IMG/VR virus record: IMGVR_UViG_3300027805_000006
DNA: 64,000 nt
Strand: one strand, 5' to 3'
Origin: a virus
Lineage: Duplodnaviria > Caudoviricetes
Part shown: in pieces, positions 33,968-44,650 of the stretch
How the letters are laid out: every line of letters begins with the position of its first letter
Position numbering within the stretch: position 1 is the stretch's first letter
Notes under the pieces: generated by a model
Seen by the model: the letters and a program-made list of their open reading frames with translations, nothing else
The model's database searches: none
Told to the model about the DNA's origin: nothing
Translations under genes and position numbers: made by a program

Positions 33968-34400
33968 TCATAAAAGCTGTTTCATCAGAAGTTTTTCCAG
34001 ATGAACGCTCTTGAAATGAGAAGGAAGGATTAACGCCAGCATCCACAAGAAGTTCATCGCGTATGTCACGTTGCTTCTTTTCATCTGCAAGGTATTGAAG
34101 AAAACTTCGATAAACAGCAGTAGTGTAGAAAGCGAATGGATTGTCTGACTTCTCAGGATCAAACTTGTGCCAGTTTGCACACAGATTAACAACGGCAAAT
34201 GACACCATATCTTCTCTAAATGAATATCCGCCAAAGCTTGCGGAATAGGAATACCGCTCGGCAATCATGTGGAGATATTTTGCGAGAATAGGTGACAACT
34301 TGCCCTTTTCTTTTGCCTCTTTAATGGATTCAAGCAATTGAGCATTAGTGACATAATGTCCCTTCGTAGTAGTAGATCTTGGTTTCTTGTAGGTAGGCAT
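33942..34400 (-). CDS. gp55: Late-transcription sigma factor
   Basis: HYVTN..L; IAERYS...F.GY..REDM; FDPEKS.NPFA(F)YT...YRSF......EKKQ. Confidence 0.93.
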   Translation of the reverse strand: MPTYKKPRSTTTKGHYVTNAQLLESIKEAKEKGKLSPILAKYLHMIAERYSYSASFGGYSFREDMVSFAVVNLCANWHKFDPEKSDNPFAFYTTAVYRSFLQYLADEKKQRDIRDELLVDAGVNPSFSFQERSSGKTSDETAFMSGGNSSDN

Positions 34401-34505
34401 TATTTTCCTTTACGGTCACGCATCTAAACGCAATATTTGTAATTGTAACATTTTCTTTACACGCCGTTTATCAAAATTTAGGTCCAGGACGATTAGACAA
34501 ACGAG

Positions 34506-34513
34506 CATAAATA
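34506..34513 (+). promoter_or_regulatory. Late promoter-like box CATAAATA at the start of the baseplate operon
   Basis: Upstream of ATG 34525/34537. Confidence 0.65.
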
Positions 34514-34524
34514 CCTAAAGTCCC

Positions 34525-35220
34525 ATGGAGATAAGTATGGAATTCTTGTCAGAAGAAGAAAAGGCAGAGAAAATTGGTTATCAAGACAAGCGAGTTGTTG
34601 TCATGGTTGGTCGTTTTCAGCCTCCAACGCGTGGGCACTACAAGGTTATTGACGCGATGAAGTCATTCATCAGGTCAAACCCAGACCTTGACCTTGATAG
34701 GATGCCAGTAGTTGTCATTGTAGCAGGAAGCAAGTCTGATTCAGATAAGAAAAGAAATCCACTCAGTGGCGATGACCGTAAGAAATTCATGGAAAGTTCT
34801 GGAAAAGCAAATGGGGTAACTTTTCTGATTGCACCCAATGCATTTGCTGCCTTCACAAAGGTAAGAGAAGAAGGAATGGAGCCCATCGCAGTTGCTTGTG
34901 GTGAGGACCGTGAAAAGGACTATCTAAAGATTCTAGATAAGCACTTCAGGGATGAGGATGATGAGCCAATTGAACATCATGTAATCTCGCTGGACCGCGA
35001 CTTTGATACTGAAAAAGATGATGGTGAAGACTATTTTAATATGGTCATTGACATGATAAACAATGGCGATGAAATAGATGATAACCAAATAAGCGGATCA
35101 TTAGCACGTCATGCAGTAAAGAATGATCAGTTAGATGCTTTTGCATACATTGTTGGGCTAGACGCAAAGAAGAAGTTGGCAGAAAAACTATTTGACAAAG
35201 TGAAGGAGGCTATTGAATGA
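34525..35220 (+). CDS. Cytidyltransferase-like (HIGH-family) nucleotidyltransferase
   Basis: VGRFQPPTRGH (HIGH-like), KRNPL, VACGEDR, ISGS.AR. The start could be ATG 34537, which has SD GGAG. Confidence 0.85.
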   Translation: MEISMEFLSEEEKAEKIGYQDKRVVVMVGRFQPPTRGHYKVIDAMKSFIRSNPDLDLDRMPVVVIVAGSKSDSDKKRNPLSGDDRKKFMESSGKANGVTFLIAPNAFAAFTKVREEGMEPIAVACGEDREKDYLKILDKHFRDEDDEPIEHHVISLDRDFDTEKDDGEDYFNMVIDMINNGDEIDDNQISGSLARHAVKNDQLDAFAYIVGLDAKKKLAEKLFDKVKEAIE

Positions 35221-36425
35221 TAAAGAGCCTCATTACGAGCGCAGTTTCTTCTGCTTTACCACTTGCCGTGAATAACACTGTTGGCGATGTAAAAACAAAA
35301 ATTGCTGAACTAGGTAGCAAAGTCAAAAATGTTTTCAATAATTCTGGACCATTTACAAAACTTGGTGCCAATGCACCATCTCTTACAAGCACGGCGAAGG
35401 AGCAACTTTTAGCCAGAACAGACTTGAAGGCAATTGCGCCAAATATGACAACTCAGGATATAGATGAGAAGATTAGAGATATGGCAGGTAACCCGTGGCA
35501 GGGGACTGAACTTGACTCTGATGCTGCTACAAAATTGGTGCAAGATGCTGTTGACCAAGATGTCACCGCTGCACAGATGAAACAGGCTAAGAATGAGAAT
35601 GCTCCAGTAGAACAGGATTTATCGCACATAATAAAACTTACTGAGGTATGGTCAAGTTTAGAGGTGCCATTTAGAATTATGCCTGAAATTACTGAAAGTC
35701 GTTCAGTTGAATATGAAGCGGTGCAACCTCCCCAATCACCATCTGCATTTCAGAAATACAAAGGAACAACAAATACCCAGTGGACAGTAAATGCCACGTT
35801 TATCTGTAGAACGTCTGCTGAAGCAACAAACAATTTGATTTTCTTGAACCGGCTTAGAGGGTGGACAATGCCATTCTTCGGTTCTAAACTTTCAAGATAT
35901 GGACAAGAGTGGGCTTCACGGCTTGGAGCACCTCCTCCAGTTCTAATTCTAGAAGGCTGGCGACAGAATATGCTTGGGCCTACTTATGTTGTAATTACTT
36001 CCCTAAACTGGAACTTTCCGCGCGATGTTGACTATATTCCTGCATATGAAATTGATTCTGCTGATACTGGGGAAATAATGTACCGTGATGACACAACACC
36101 AAACATACCATTTCCAACGGTGATGCAACTGCAAATTCAACTTGTTGAAGCCTTCTCTACTGACCAAGTTAATGGATTTGACTTACCTAAGTTTAGGGCA
36201 GGAAAGTATAAAGAAGCATTTGAGCGACTTCCACGTGGACAAGCAGGCACTATTACTGAGTGGGCAGAAGATGTACAGCAAGAAGCACAGCAAGTTGGCA
36301 GCGGCCAAACAAACGTCACATCTGAGAGTACTTCTCCTCCATCTGAGCCTGAAGCAGTTCAGTACACAAGCCCAGAAGAACCTCTAACGAACCGTACTGG
36401 TGGCTATTATGGTGGAGGTGAATAA
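35217..36425 (+). CDS. Baseplate tail-tube initiator/cap-like protein (gp48/gp54-like)
   Basis: Tube-fold-like segment FRIMPEITESRSVEY...FQKY..T...WTV.ATF; PPPVLIL..W...GP..VVITSLNWNFP.DVDYI; position before the gp53-like gene. Confidence 0.6.
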   Translation: MIKSLITSAVSSALPLAVNNTVGDVKTKIAELGSKVKNVFNNSGPFTKLGANAPSLTSTAKEQLLARTDLKAIAPNMTTQDIDEKIRDMAGNPWQGTELDSDAATKLVQDAVDQDVTAAQMKQAKNENAPVEQDLSHIIKLTEVWSSLEVPFRIMPEITESRSVEYEAVQPPQSPSAFQKYKGTTNTQWTVNATFICRTSAEATNNLIFLNRLRGWTMPFFGSKLSRYGQEWASRLGAPPPVLILEGWRQNMLGPTYVVITSLNWNFPRDVDYIPAYEIDSADTGEIMYRDDTTPNIPFPTVMQLQIQLVEAFSTDQVNGFDLPKFRAGKYKEAFERLPRGQAGTITEWAEDVQQEAQQVGSGQTNVTSESTSPPSEPEAVQYTSPEEPLTNRTGGYYGGGE

Positions 36426-36802
36426 TGGCTGAAAAAAATAGCACACTTGTAAAAACTTCAAGATACGTTGCTGGAGGCACCTCCGAAGTAAACAGGAATG
36501 CAATTGAATGGTGGGAAAAAAATACCATTAATCGTGATCCTTCAGACACATCCTATGTTGTAGAAAAGCGCTTTGAGGGGCGTTTAGATATGATAATTGC
36601 AGTCAATATAGGTGAACAATTTTCTAGATATTGGTGGGTTGTTGCTATGATGAATAGTGTTCTTGACCCATTCAATGAAGTGAAAGAAGGAAGAGTTCTA
36701 TATCTTCCAACAAAAGAACGGCTGCAAAGTATGCTTACTGGAAAAATGGGTGGCATACCTTCAACTCGACAAGTTCCAATATCAATATTACCAATAGTAT
36801 AA
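36425..36802 (+). CDS. gp53: Baseplate wedge protein, gp53-like (LysM-like fold)
   Basis: RLDMI......YWWVVAMMN...DPF.E...G.VL.LP. Confidence 0.75.
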   Translation: MAEKNSTLVKTSRYVAGGTSEVNRNAIEWWEKNTINRDPSDTSYVVEKRFEGRLDMIIAVNIGEQFSRYWWVVAMMNSVLDPFNEVKEGRVLYLPTKERLQSMLTGKMGGIPSTRQVPISILPIV

Positions 36803-39013
36803 ATGACAGATCCAAAAACCACCACGTCGTACGAGTTGTTTAATCCACTCGACGCATTTTCAACATATTCAACTCACTTCGTTATACTTGCGGCTCGTAC
36901 CACAGAGAATGCAAGGCTGTTTACAGAAGTTGAAAGAAACGTTGAAACACTTGCTGCTATAGATGCGACGCCTGCACTGGGGGACAAAGTAAACTACCCA
37001 GGAGCAAAGGGTGATGTATTTCTTGTGATTGATACCCGCAGATTCTCGCAGTATACTGTTGAGAATATGAAATATGAGGTTTTGATAAATGGGCTGTCAA
37101 AGGGGCAATCACACGCAAACTTAGCGACTTTGGTCGAAATGACTGTGCTAGATAGCGTTGGAATTTCTTTCATCAACTACATGCAATGGCTGATGGATTC
37201 AAAAATGCAGACCAATTTTGACGGTATGATTTTCTTGATTCGCGTCATATTCGTCGGTCACCTAGAAGATGGCACATCTCAAACTGTGCAGGATATTACT
37301 ATTCCCGCCCACCTCTTTAAGATGGAGGTCAATCTTGATTATGCGAAGGGCATTTATAATTTAGAGTTTATGCCAAATACGAATTTCTCAATTAGCGAAC
37401 ATCGTAGGTGGCTAAACATTGGTACTGCATCGAGTTATTTTACTGGTGATGGAAACAAGACGCTTGGTGGACTTATTGATTCTTTTGAAGTTAGACTAAA
37501 TGAAGAATCTTCAAAAAATTACAATGCACTACAACCACTGCTGAAGCAGGCTGGTAGGCCGCCGGCCCAGACAACGGGTAAATTTGGAAGACTTGTAAAG
37601 TATCAAATTACTGTTCCAGAAGATTGGAGAAAATTCACATTTACTGGAGCAAGTGTGAATGCGGCAGAGGAAAGAAACTTTGTTGATGAATTGAAAAAGC
37701 AAGAGTCTGCAAAGACAGAACAACAGAAAAAACAGTCTTCACCTAGCGATGGTACGTCTGCGCCCACAAAAGATGCTCATATGTCTGTAAATGCTGGCAT
37801 ACTAATTACCGATGTGCTAGATTTAATATTCAAACAAGTGAAGGAAATTGCACAATTTGCAAATTCTGAAAAAGTATCAGATACTGACAAGTATCTAACA
37901 TTCTATAAGCACGTGATCGGTATTACCAGCGACGAAGAAACTGTTACGCTACACGTAGATGTAGTGCCTTTTGAAGTACCAAATATTAAGCCTCCATCGC
38001 AGAAAGATACAGCGTCTTCTGTTTCACAACATCAAGATAAATTCTATGTTGAAGTTACTGATGCAGCCACTAAAACAAAAAAGAGAATACCAAAGAACTA
38101 TTTTGAACTCGATTATATTTTTACTGGAAAAAATACGCATATACTAAACTTTGATATGAAGATCCAGGATCTTCAATTTATGCTAGCATCAAATACCAAG
38201 GTTAGTGAAGGCGAATTAGTCTCACAGGTACTTGAGGGACAGGGAGATAAACAAAAGGCAGAAGCACAGGCAAAACTTTCGCCAAGAATAAAAGAAGTTT
38301 TATCTGCACGACAATATGACCCGCTTCTAATTCCCACCCTAACAAAGGAGGAACTTGCATCTTTTTCTGCGTTTACAAACTTTAGAAATAAAGAAGAACA
38401 ACGAGAAACAACTGCATATGTACAGCAGTATTCAAGGAACCTTTCAGCATTTTATGCAATAAGCCCAGTTCAAATTTCTATGACCATAAAAGGCAATCCA
38501 CTTATTATGGGAAAGTTTAATTTGCCTGAATTTCCACCAAATATTTCAACTACTACAAATACTGGCGCTGAAGGTGGCCAAACAACGGCTACGAGTCAAA
38601 CAGCAAAGCAAGAGTATAGACAAAAATTTGAAGAGCGAGTGCTGAAGAAGAAAAACGGTGTTGTGAGAGGAAATACGCCTGGCACTTTCAGTGTTAATCC
38701 ACCAATTGGCAATGACAGTTATGTTTCTACCCCAGTGTTTGTTAAGGTAAACATTAAGGGACCAAATGTTGATTTCTTAGACAATGGACAGATTGTAACT
38801 TTAGATGACGCAGGCAAAAATCTTGCACCATTTGCAACTGAGGTACTGTATGATAACTACTATGTAGTGTTTAAAGTAGTAAACAAAATAGAGCGTGGTA
38901 TCTTTACGCAGGAACTAGAACTGTGGTCTCATAACGTATATGGTCAAGGAAAGTTAACTTCTGAGCAGATTCAGACGAAACAGCCCAATAAGGCACCAGC
39001 AACTACTGGATAA
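36803..39013 (+). CDS. Baseplate hub protein (gp27-like)
   Basis: 736 aa between the gp53- and gp5-like genes; C-terminal MTIKGNP...Y.VFKV.NKIE.GIFTQEL.L is typical of hub proteins. Confidence 0.6.
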   Translation: MTDPKTTTSYELFNPLDAFSTYSTHFVILAARTTENARLFTEVERNVETLAAIDATPALGDKVNYPGAKGDVFLVIDTRRFSQYTVENMKYEVLINGLSKGQSHANLATLVEMTVLDSVGISFINYMQWLMDSKMQTNFDGMIFLIRVIFVGHLEDGTSQTVQDITIPAHLFKMEVNLDYAKGIYNLEFMPNTNFSISEHRRWLNIGTASSYFTGDGNKTLGGLIDSFEVRLNEESSKNYNALQPLLKQAGRPPAQTTGKFGRLVKYQITVPEDWRKFTFTGASVNAAEERNFVDELKKQESAKTEQQKKQSSPSDGTSAPTKDAHMSVNAGILITDVLDLIFKQVKEIAQFANSEKVSDTDKYLTFYKHVIGITSDEETVTLHVDVVPFEVPNIKPPSQKDTASSVSQHQDKFYVEVTDAATKTKKRIPKNYFELDYIFTGKNTHILNFDMKIQDLQFMLASNTKVSEGELVSQVLEGQGDKQKAEAQAKLSPRIKEVLSARQYDPLLIPTLTKEELASFSAFTNFRNKEEQRETTAYVQQYSRNLSAFYAISPVQISMTIKGNPLIMGKFNLPEFPPNISTTTNTGAEGGQTTATSQTAKQEYRQKFEERVLKKKNGVVRGNTPGTFSVNPPIGNDSYVSTPVFVKVNIKGPNVDFLDNGQIVTLDDAGKNLAPFATEVLYDNYYVVFKVVNKIERGIFTQELELWSHNVYGQGKLTSEQIQTKQPNKAPATTG

Positions 39014-39017
39014 CAGC

Positions 39018-40115
39018 ATGAACTTGATACCATTTGTAGAAGGAATTGTAATTGACACATCTGACCCACAACAGATGGGCAGAATAAAGGTGCACTGTCC
39101 ATCTATTGACGGTGACAAAATTGATCCTGCAAGTATTCCATGGGTTTCATATGTTAGTCCATTAGCAGGGCAAACAGTAAATTATCCTGCAGGCAGTTCA
39201 GCAGCAGTGGCGCGAGGACCACATTCATATGGGTTTTGGGCTATCCCCAAGATAGGAACTCTAGTAATTGTTGGCTTCTTATATGGTGACCATAACCTGC
39301 GCTTCTATATTGGCTCATACTTTGGCGATCATGGTAATCGTTCTCTTCCTGCAGGAAGAAATACATCATCTGCTGGGCCAATTACAGACATTCTCGAGCC
39401 TGTTGAACCATCTGCTACCAATCTTAAGCAGCAGTTTCAGGGAAAACTAGATACTTCAGAGGCACGTACGCGCGGGGGCTATGAACGTCAGGTGGCTCAG
39501 CCACGGACAGATAAAGATGGTACTGAAGGCTACCATAAAGGCACAGTTGAAAGTGGCTTAGACCCACAAACATACTGCATAACAACGCCTGGTAGAAACA
39601 GCATCATTATTCAGGACAACCCTGAAAATGCAAGAATTAGAATTAAAACTGCTGAGGGGGCACAGATAATTCTGGATGATGCAAATGAGCGCATCTATGT
39701 AAGCACGGCAAAAGGTAAGAGTTGGGTAGAACTTGACCAAGATGGTAGAATTCATGTATATGCTGCAGATAGCATAAGCGTAACTTCAGGTGCAGACATC
39801 AACTTTAGCGCCAAGGGCGACTTTAATGTGCATGCAGGCGGAAATATAAATTTACTTGCGGTGGGGCATGGACGCCTGACTGCATGTAAGGACATTTCAC
39901 TGAGCGCTGATACTACCGTAAATATTGAAAGTAAAGACCAGATGAACTTGTTATCAGCCGCAAGTATTATTCAGACGGGTAAGAAAGACATTCACCTCAA
40001 TGGTCCAGATGCAAGTTCAGCGCTATGTGCAGAAGAACCAAAAACTGTCCCACAGCACGAGCCTTGGACAAGAAGTGCAACTAAGGGCAAACGTGGTAAA
40101 AATTGGAAAGCATAA
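39018..40115 (+). CDS. gp5: Baseplate central spike, gp5/VgrG-like OB fold plus beta-helix, no lysozyme domain
   Basis: EGIV.DT.DP.QMGRIKV; G(F)WAIPKIGT.V.VGF..GD....YIG; later GKSWVELDQDG.IHVY and beta-repeats. Confidence 0.8.
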   Translation: MNLIPFVEGIVIDTSDPQQMGRIKVHCPSIDGDKIDPASIPWVSYVSPLAGQTVNYPAGSSAAVARGPHSYGFWAIPKIGTLVIVGFLYGDHNLRFYIGSYFGDHGNRSLPAGRNTSSAGPITDILEPVEPSATNLKQQFQGKLDTSEARTRGGYERQVAQPRTDKDGTEGYHKGTVESGLDPQTYCITTPGRNSIIIQDNPENARIRIKTAEGAQIILDDANERIYVSTAKGKSWVELDQDGRIHVYAADSISVTSGADINFSAKGDFNVHAGGNINLLAVGHGRLTACKDISLSADTTVNIESKDQMNLLSAASIIQTGKKDIHLNGPDASSALCAEEPKTVPQHEPWTRSATKGKRGKNWKA

Positions 40116-40118
40116 GAA

Positions 40119-40505
40119 ATGATAACTAGGAAGGCAATTTATAGAGGTTTTTCTACTGCTTATCATAAAGATAACAGGACTGCGGGCTTTACAACGGCAA
40201 ATGTTGAAGCAGTCAAGAGAGACCTTTTGAATCACATCCACACCGTCAAAGGTGAGCGAGTGATGATGCCTAATTTTGGGACTAGAATTCCGCTGCTAGC
40301 ATTTGAGCCGCTGGACCAAAAAACACTTGCAATTGTCGAATATGACTTGAGAGAAGTCTTCAACTATGACCCGCGTGTTGAACTGGTAGAGTTGGCAGTA
40401 ATGGCACTGCCAAACGAAAATGCCATAGTTGCGTATGCAGATTTACGCTACCTAGAGATTAATGCAACCGAGACGCTTAAACTCGAGTTTCCTGTGGGTG
40501 GTTGA
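40119..40505 (+). CDS. gp25: Baseplate wedge subunit, gp25-like
   Basis: AVKRDLLNHI.T.KGERVMMPNFGT.I....FEP; YDPRV. Confidence 0.9.
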   Translation: MITRKAIYRGFSTAYHKDNRTAGFTTANVEAVKRDLLNHIHTVKGERVMMPNFGTRIPLLAFEPLDQKTLAIVEYDLREVFNYDPRVELVELAVMALPNENAIVAYADLRYLEINATETLKLEFPVGG

Positions 40506-40529
40506 TAAAAACCGAGATGGAATAATCAC

Positions 40530-40535
40530 TAAATA
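40530..40535 (+). promoter_or_regulatory. Late promoter-like box TAAATA for the gp6-like gene
   Basis: In the 57-nt gap after gp25. Confidence 0.5.
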
Positions 40536-40562
40536 ACTCTATTATTTGAATGGTGTGGTAAT

Positions 40563-43500
40563 ATGGCGTTGAGGACAACATACTCTGCTGAGCAATGGGA
40601 AAAGGTTTATCAGGCATTTTCTGCTGTAAATTTTACATCCTTTGACTTTGATACCATCAAGCAGTCACTTATTGACTATACTAAGACGTACTACCCTGAA
40701 CAGTTCAATAGTTACATTGAAAGTTCAGAGTTTATCGCTTTGCTAGAGATATTTGCCTATATCTGCGAGCAACTTGCCTATCGAATTGATATGGTAAGTC
40801 ACGAAAATTTCATCACGACTGCTCAGCGCAAGCAGTCTATTCTTCGCCTTGCGAAACTTATTTCATACAAGGCAACAAGAAATATCGCCGTTCGTGGTCT
40901 TGTAAAAATCACTACGGTGGTAACCACTGAGCAGGTATTTGACAGCCGAGGCGTAAATCTATCAGGATTAACCATCGTCTGGAATGACCCAAATAATTCT
41001 AACTGGAAAGAGCAGTTCTTCCTGGTGATCAACCGAATTTTGAATTCCAGGTTTGGCGAACCGCAGAAGACCTTCCAAATCGGTGATGTGGTAATGGACC
41101 TTTATTCTCTAAAGAATAATGCTGATTCATTCCCTGTTGGTGTTTTCCCATTTACCGTAAACACTGGTACTGAAACACACCCAATGGAATTTGTTCCCGC
41201 TGACCTAGATGAAAATGGTCCTTTCGAGCGAGAGCCTGACCCAATTGCTGCAATGTCAATCATCTATGCAAATGACGGTATAGGCGATGGTTCAGACTAC
41301 ACTGGCTTCCTTGGCTTCGTAAAGCAGGGCGTTCTGTCACGTGTTGATTATGAAATTGCGGATGTGCTGCCAAACCGCCAGTTAGATTTTGAAACAGGAA
41401 ATATCAACCATACTGATGTGTGGGTTCAGCGAATTGATACCTTCGATAGAATTATTGAGCGCTGGAAACAAGTCGATAGCATCTCTGAGCAAAACCTTAC
41501 GTTCAATGAGATTAGAGACACACGTAAGAAGTTCGAGGTTGATACTCTAGAAAATGACAGAATAAAAGTAATATTTGGTGATGGTGACTTCAGCGATATT
41601 CCTCAAGGAACGTTTAGGTTCTGGGTAAGACAGTCTGCTGGCAGAAGTCTAGTAATTCAGAAGAATAGACTTGTAAATCAGGGAATGAACTTCTCATACA
41701 CAGGGTCTTCTGGAAATGCTGAGACGTGTGGTATTACGTTCAGCCTCACTAGTACTCTTCAGAATGGTTCTGCAACTGAAAGTATTGAGCATATTCGTCG
41801 GTCTTCTCCAGCCACATACTACGCACAAAATAGAATGGTAAATGGTCAGGACTACAACACATATATGTTGAAGGATCCAACCATTCTTAGACTGAAGGCT
41901 ATCAATCGAACTTTTGCAGGTCAACCAAAATACATTGACTGGAATGATGCTTCTGGTTCATATGAAAATGTAAAACTGTTTGGCGATGACCTAACGATGC
42001 GTTATTCCATTGGGGTAAATTCGCAAACAACATCAATAAGTGGAAGAGCACTTATTGACAGCATTATTGAGCCACTAATGAATACCAGTGGCGTAATTAA
42101 TATGATGCTGCACATTTCAGCAAGTGACCCAATTATGAAGGGTGTTGTATCTTCTCCAAGAAGGAAGTTTATTGAAGATAATAGAGGTGGTATCTATTTT
42201 GATAAAAACAACTCATTCGTTAGTCTAATTTCTGCAGTTACTGCAGATGGTTCTTTAAAGGAAAAAACTGCAATTCAGGCGCTGATTGACCGTCACTACT
42301 ATGGCGAACCTCTTGAAACTGTAGTTCTCGGCGATGGCACCATTCTTGGTAGAATTCCAGATCCAGATTTATTCCCAAAAGATGACAGCAAAATCTATCA
42401 GCAAAATCTGCCAAGAACAATAGATGGTGTGAATAAGTTTCCACCAGGAGATATCGGTTCAGGGCTTCAGCCTATTGCAGATCAAGATTATTTTGGTCTT
42501 CGCTATAATCGCTATACGAATGGTATTGGAAATGGTAGTATTGATGTCACAACATATAACACCGATTGGGTTGCTTCAAACTATTGGATGAATGGAGAAG
42601 TATTCACGTTAGAAGTTCAAACAGACGGTGAAACTATTTCTGTACGAAGCAACTTAAGAGGTACATTCCCATCAGCAACAGTTGGCGAGGTTTATTACTT
42701 CTTGCCTGAGGGGCAGATTACCCCAGTTGAAATGTTTTTGGTGACTGTCGGCACAATTCCATTTGAGCAGGGAGATGCATTTATTCTTGATACCTCTTCA
42801 GCGGGTAGTCTGTCTGCTCGCACCTACCCATCTGATGCCACACAAGTATTCAATTTGAATGGATGGTGGCAGATTTTAGGCTTCTCTGAAATGCCAGCAT
42901 ATTCATCAGGAATTGTTGATAGTGAGTATTTTGACCAGAAATTTACAACTGAAGAAACTGACCCAACCCTTAGACAACATTCATGGCTAATTTTTGTGCG
43001 TAAGATTCGTCAGCAGCCAACCAATAATGTAATTGGATATGAAGTTCATAGTCGTGAACTAAAGTTGGTGATTGAAAGTCTGACAACTAAGTTTTGGTTT
43101 AATGCGGTGGATCAACTTATTGACAATGAAACAAAGAAAGTTGTCTTTGATAATGTTAAAATTCTACGATCAAATCTAAATTGGAATGGTGAACTCCTTG
43201 GCAAAAATCAAGTATATGACGTTGTTGGCGCTGTAGTTGACAGCGATGGCATTACTAATTTCAATAGACTGGAAATTGTTCCAACAGACTTGCTAAATGA
43301 GGATGAAAGTGGAAATCTCATTCCTGACCGACTGCTTCAGTTTGAAAACTTTGCAGGAACAGGAACTGGTTCCCCTTCATATGAGTACTTTATAGTAGGG
43401 GCACCAGAAGTTCTGCTTGAGGGTGCTCAACTAGCAGATGCAATTGCTGCATTTGGCGTTGCTCCACCAGGTGCGCTCGCAGTGTATGATAGTGGTGATA

Positions 43501-44165
43501 CTGTATGGTATGGAAGAAGACTGAGAATGCCAACTCTCGGTGGAGATACTGGGCTCGACTTTATGTGGTCACATTTCTCTCCATTTACTAACATCATTGA
43601 TCCATCTGTGACAAATATTCATGATGTGTATCTGATGACGCGCGGCTACTATGATAATGTCATCAGTTACATTCGTGGTGTAAGTACTACCCCAGCAGTT
43701 GCTCCAACTCCACTTGAACTTCGTTCTTCATATGGTTATCTGTTGAAGAATAAGATGCTGTCAGATACCGTCGTTCTACACCCAGGAAAGATTAGGTTGC
43801 TCTTTGGTAATATGGCAGAGCCACAACTCAGAGCAAAATTCAAAGTTGTTAGAAGTGCAGGTGCTTCTCTGACTAATGAGCGCATCAAGGAAGAAATTCT
43901 AAATGTCATCAATATCTTCTTTGATATTGACAACTGGGATTTTGGAGACACATTCTATGCAACCGAACTTATAACGCTTATCCACCAGAGGCTGCCTGCA
44001 GATATCTCCTCTGTAGTACTTGTACCTGTCTATAGTAGCAATTCTTTCGGCTCGCTCTTCACTGTTCAGAGCGGTCATGATGAAATTCTACAATCTGCTG
44101 CAGAACTTTCTGATATTGAAGTAGTTGAGGCGCTTACACCAACAGTAATTAGACAGTCAAGGTGA
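40563..44165 (+). CDS. gp6: Baseplate wedge subunit, gp6-like (1200 aa, with insertions)
   Basis: DFDTIKQSLIDY...YPEQFN.Y..SS; AQRKQSILRLAKLISY; GSATESIEHIRR..P..Y..QNRMVNGQDY; FDI.NWDFG.TFY..EL. Confidence 0.85.
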   Translation: MALRTTYSAEQWEKVYQAFSAVNFTSFDFDTIKQSLIDYTKTYYPEQFNSYIESSEFIALLEIFAYICEQLAYRIDMVSHENFITTAQRKQSILRLAKLISYKATRNIAVRGLVKITTVVTTEQVFDSRGVNLSGLTIVWNDPNNSNWKEQFFLVINRILNSRFGEPQKTFQIGDVVMDLYSLKNNADSFPVGVFPFTVNTGTETHPMEFVPADLDENGPFEREPDPIAAMSIIYANDGIGDGSDYTGFLGFVKQGVLSRVDYEIADVLPNRQLDFETGNINHTDVWVQRIDTFDRIIERWKQVDSISEQNLTFNEIRDTRKKFEVDTLENDRIKVIFGDGDFSDIPQGTFRFWVRQSAGRSLVIQKNRLVNQGMNFSYTGSSGNAETCGITFSLTSTLQNGSATESIEHIRRSSPATYYAQNRMVNGQDYNTYMLKDPTILRLKAINRTFAGQPKYIDWNDASGSYENVKLFGDDLTMRYSIGVNSQTTSISGRALIDSIIEPLMNTSGVINMMLHISASDPIMKGVVSSPRRKFIEDNRGGIYFDKNNSFVSLISAVTADGSLKEKTAIQALIDRHYYGEPLETVVLGDGTILGRIPDPDLFPKDDSKIYQQNLPRTIDGVNKFPPGDIGSGLQPIADQDYFGLRYNRYTNGIGNGSIDVTTYNTDWVASNYWMNGEVFTLEVQTDGETISVRSNLRGTFPSATVGEVYYFLPEGQITPVEMFLVTVGTIPFEQGDAFILDTSSAGSLSARTYPSDATQVFNLNGWWQILGFSEMPAYSSGIVDSEYFDQKFTTEETDPTLRQHSWLIFVRKIRQQPTNNVIGYEVHSRELKLVIESLTTKFWFNAVDQLIDNETKKVVFDNVKILRSNLNWNGELLGKNQVYDVVGAVVDSDGITNFNRLEIVPTDLLNEDESGNLIPDRLLQFENFAGTGTGSPSYEYFIVGAPEVLLEGAQLADAIAAFGVAPPGALAVYDSGDTVWYGRRLRMPTLGGDTGLDFMWSHFSPFTNIIDPSVTNIHDVYLMTRGYYDNVISYIRGVSTTPAVAPTPLELRSSYGYLLKNKMLSDTVVLHPGKIRLLFGNMAEPQLRAKFKVVRSAGASLTNERIKEEILNVINIFFDIDNWDFGDTFYATELITLIHQRLPADISSVVLVPVYSSNSFGSLFTVQSGHDEILQSAAELSDIEVVEALTPTVIRQSR

Positions 44166-44172
44166 ATGAATT

Positions 44173-44571
44173 ATGAAACTAACTGAAATTCTTGATGAAA
44201 ATGAATCGGTGTTGGCAGGTATACTTGAGCGTAAATTTGGAAAGGAACCAATTTACGTAGTAGCGCGCTTTCGACGTCCATTTACACTTGGCAGAAAACT
44301 TTATGTTGGTAAATTACGATTCAATGCTGGTGAAAAAATACAAAAGGAAGACATGCGAAAAGATGGAAACTGGCGCTTTATTTTAAAACTAGACAGCCCT
44401 AAAGATGTAGTTTACCCACTTGCAGATTATTTTGACAAACAGTTTATGCTAAAGAAAATGGGTAAAGACAATAAGTTGGTACTAGTTAATAGACAGCAAG
44501 AAGATTATTATCCATATCCAGAAGAACTTGAAGCAGGCTTTGCAAAACTTGAGGCCGCAGAAAAAACATAA
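44173..44571 (+). CDS. Candidate head-internal protein (leader MKLTEIL)
   Basis: 132 aa inserted in the baseplate operon; the leader matches 711-1028 (MLLTEIL). Confidence 0.7.
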   Translation: MKLTEILDENESVLAGILERKFGKEPIYVVARFRRPFTLGRKLYVGKLRFNAGEKIQKEDMRKDGNWRFILKLDSPKDVVYPLADYFDKQFMLKKMGKDNKLVLVNRQQEDYYPYPEELEAGFAKLEAAEKT

Positions 44572-44612
44572 AGTCTATCCAAAAGTCGCCGCCGAGAAGC
44601 ATCAGTCTTCTG

Positions 44613-44620
44613 CATAAATA
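44613..44620 (+). promoter_or_regulatory. Late promoter-like box CATAAATA with a hairpin leader
   Basis: Followed by TGCTATCA(44621-28)...TGATAGCA(44642-49), then ATG 44651. Confidence 0.65.
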
Positions 44621-44650
44621 TGCTATCAGATAATATTTTCGTGATAGCAA

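Noticed and set aside
34440-34475. Early or middle promoter for gp55 (TGnTACAAT)
   Set aside because: Only an extended -10-like element, with no -35 at a usable spacing; too weak to call.
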